A DNA stretch of 64,000 nt, from assembly GCA_032718475.1 (NCBI GenBank), contig JAUCBJ010000187.1, positions 71,482 through 135,481 of the forward strand, read 5' to 3'. Below the pieces are notes generated by a model. That model saw only the letters and a program-made list of their open reading frames with translations, did not search any database and had not been told where the DNA came from. The stretch comes from Nemertoderma westbladi. Lineage: Eukaryota > Animalia > Xenacoelomorpha. This document shows positions 61,818 through 64,000 of this stretch, piece after piece. Every line of letters begins with the position of its first letter. Position 1 is the first letter of the stretch. The translations under genes and the position numbers were made by a program.

Positions 61818-62562
61818 ACTAACCGAGTAGTGACGGTTCCCGTTTGTAACTAACCGAGTAGCGATCGGTCCCGTTTGTAACTAACCGAGTAGCGATGGGT
61901 CCCGTTTGTAACTAACTGAGTAGCGTCGGGTCCCGTTTGTAACTAACCGAGTAGCGATCGGTCCCGTTTGTAACTAACCGAGTAGCGACGGGTCCCGTTT
62001 GTAACTAACCGAGTAGAGATGGGTCCCGTTTGTAACTAACCGAGTAGCCATCGGTCCCGTTTGTAACTAACCGAGTAGCGATCCGTCCCGTTTATAACTA
62101 ACTAACCCAGTAGCGATCAGTCCCATTTGTAACTAACTGAGTAGCGATCGGTCCCGTTTGTAACTAACCGAGTAGCGATCGGTCCCGTTTGTAACTAACC
62201 GAGTAGCGACGGGTCCCGTTTGTAACTAACCGAGTAGAGATGGGTCCCGTTTGTAACTAACCGAGTAGCGATCTGTCCCGTTTGTAACTAACCGAGTAGC
62301 GATCAGTCCCGTTTATAACTAACTAACCCAGTAGCGATCGGTCCCATTTGTAACTAACCGAGTAGCGATCGGTCCCGTTTGTAACTAACCGAGTAGCGAT
62401 CGGTCCCGTTTGTAACTAACCAAGTAGCGATGGGTCCCGTTTGTAACTAACCGAGTAGCGATGGGTCCCGTTTGTAACTAACCGAGTAGCAATTGGTCCC
62501 GTTTGTAACTAACCGAGTAGAGATGGGTCCCGTTTGTAACTAACCGAGTAGAGATGGGTCCC
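61818..62562. repeat. 31-bp satellite, about 24 copies, overlapping the last 18 nt of the ATG9 exon
   Basis: Same unit as 52810-57347; the rightmost copy is the real exon end encoding RDPSLLG. Confidence 0.97.
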
Positions 62563-63080
62563 TTTTGATAACCTCGGCATAGGAGAAGAAAGAATAGAGA
62601 ATCTGCCACATGAAGATGAGTGGCATTAGGAGTAGATTGGCGATGGCCAATACGAGCATCCTGTTGGACATTTGCGCTGCCAGCACTTCGCGTTTGAGTT
62701 TGGATTTATAATCGGAGCGCAGATGCCATGAGTCTGGGAAGGGTGACCAGGGACCCCAGAATAGCATTAGTTCGAGGTTGTACTTGAGTCCCTGGGGTAG
62801 GAAAACGGTGTCACCGAGGAACGGGAGTTGGAAGCGGACCGGCAGGACCTCCTTGTTGATCATCGCGATCTGGTAGTTTTTGAACCGGAGTATTCGATGG
62901 TAGATAGAGATCTCCGTTAGGTCAGCGCTGTTTATACACATCTCGTAGCGACGCTGGGCGACCAGCAGACGGCTCTGTACGTCGTGCCAGGTCAGGTTGT
63001 GGAGTTCCGAGGGCGAGATGTTGAGCCCATAGACGTAGAAACCTCGGATCTCAAGGTAGACGATAGAGTTATAAATGACC
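62545..63080 (-). CDS. ATG9: ATG9 coding exon (536 bp)
   Basis: LTWHDVQSRL..IYHRILRFKNYQIAMINK..GLKYNLEL..WQILYSFFSYAEVIKRDP; polyT-CAG acceptor and GTTAGT donor; phases fit both neighbours. Confidence 0.95.
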
Positions 63081-63477
63081 CTGAAAAAAAAAGAAAATTA
63101 AATATAATAAAAAATAATAATTTAGGGACGATGCGGGTATATATAATCCCGCAGCGCAATAAATTACGGAATATTATTAGCCTACAGTAATTATACTGAC
63201 CTTGACCAATTAATTATTTTTAATTAATACTTTATTATTACAGGAAAATATAAGACAAATATATAAAAGTGTATTAACAAAACATTTCATAAACTGTAAT
63301 TTAGAGACAGAAAACTATACAGCTATATAATCAATAAAATCAGGATGTCAGGTGTAAATAATATGTTATTATAAAGCTATAGCAAAATACATACAATAAA
63401 ACTGATATATAATAAAACTAATAACACCAATAATTTTGGTAATGAAAACTGAGATTTATTAAGTAGTTTTTACTCAC

Positions 63478-63750
63478 CGGATCGCTCTTAGGCCGCAGAA
63501 GATCAGAGCGACAACGAGACAGAATATCAACCAGTTTGGCAGCTGGGAGGAGCAGCCATCAACGACGATGTCACCGAAACGGACCTTATCGAAGGGAGAA
63601 GTCCCGTTGGTGGGCCGTTGGTCCCCGAAGAGGACTCGGTAATCGACGCAGTTGATAAGGAAGGTGGCGAAGAGAACGACGAAAATGAACTGAAAGAGTT
63701 CCAGAACCTCCGAGACCATCATACACAAGAGACCGTGGCGCTGATGGTAC
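63478..63750 (-). CDS. ATG9: ATG9 coding exon (273 bp); upstream exons lie outside the window
   Basis: YHQRHGLLCMMVSEVLELFQFIFVVLFATFLINCVDY matches the ATG9 N-terminal TM region; TTTAG acceptor and GTGAGT donor. Confidence 0.93.
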
Positions 63751-64000
63751 CTAAACAGGATAATAATATTTATTACCGGTACCATTACTGGTAGGCCGCG
63801 GTATGTAATTTGAGAATAAATAATGTTTTCATTTTTCAGTTTAAAGTATTTACCAATATTATAATAAATATAAGAATAGGCCTACCCCTACACTTATTAC
63901 TTCTCTTCTGTAACAGTGTAATAAGCTGATAAGTTCAGAAGTTGAAGGCAAAATTTTAACTTATAAAGTAGTAATTTGTTTTTGGGACAATACAATACAA

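Noticed and set aside
62540-62941. ORF-track 133-aa and 103-aa proteins as standalone genes
   Set aside because: They are ATG9 exons read through into intron sequence.

Overview
This is animal (probably invertebrate) genomic DNA made mostly of transposable elements. The only host gene I can support is ATG9 on the minus strand, with three coding exons (63478-63750, 62545-63080, 52270-52440); no further ATG9 exons are visible in the remaining 52 kb. The 10-kb intron 52441-62544 is largely a 31-bp satellite that is a tandem amplification of the exon/intron junction itself (about 165 copies of the 5' splice site), split by a truncated Gypsy element. A 44-bp satellite in the next intron reads as repeated pyrimidine tract-TAG|GT. 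Positions 1-44.6 kb hold a nested cluster of BEL/Pao LTR retrotransposons from two LTR families. Both families carry an unusual non-Env accessory gene between pol and the 3' LTR (unknown domains, three zinc knuckles, Arg/Lys-rich tail), preceded in family B by a conserved ~107-nt RNA stem-loop. Also present are nested LINEs (RTE inside L2-like, plus a CR1-like fragment), SINEs, EnSpm-like, hAT-like and foldback MITEs, and many TA-n-TA motifs resembling transposon excision footprints. All alignments and counts were done by eye.
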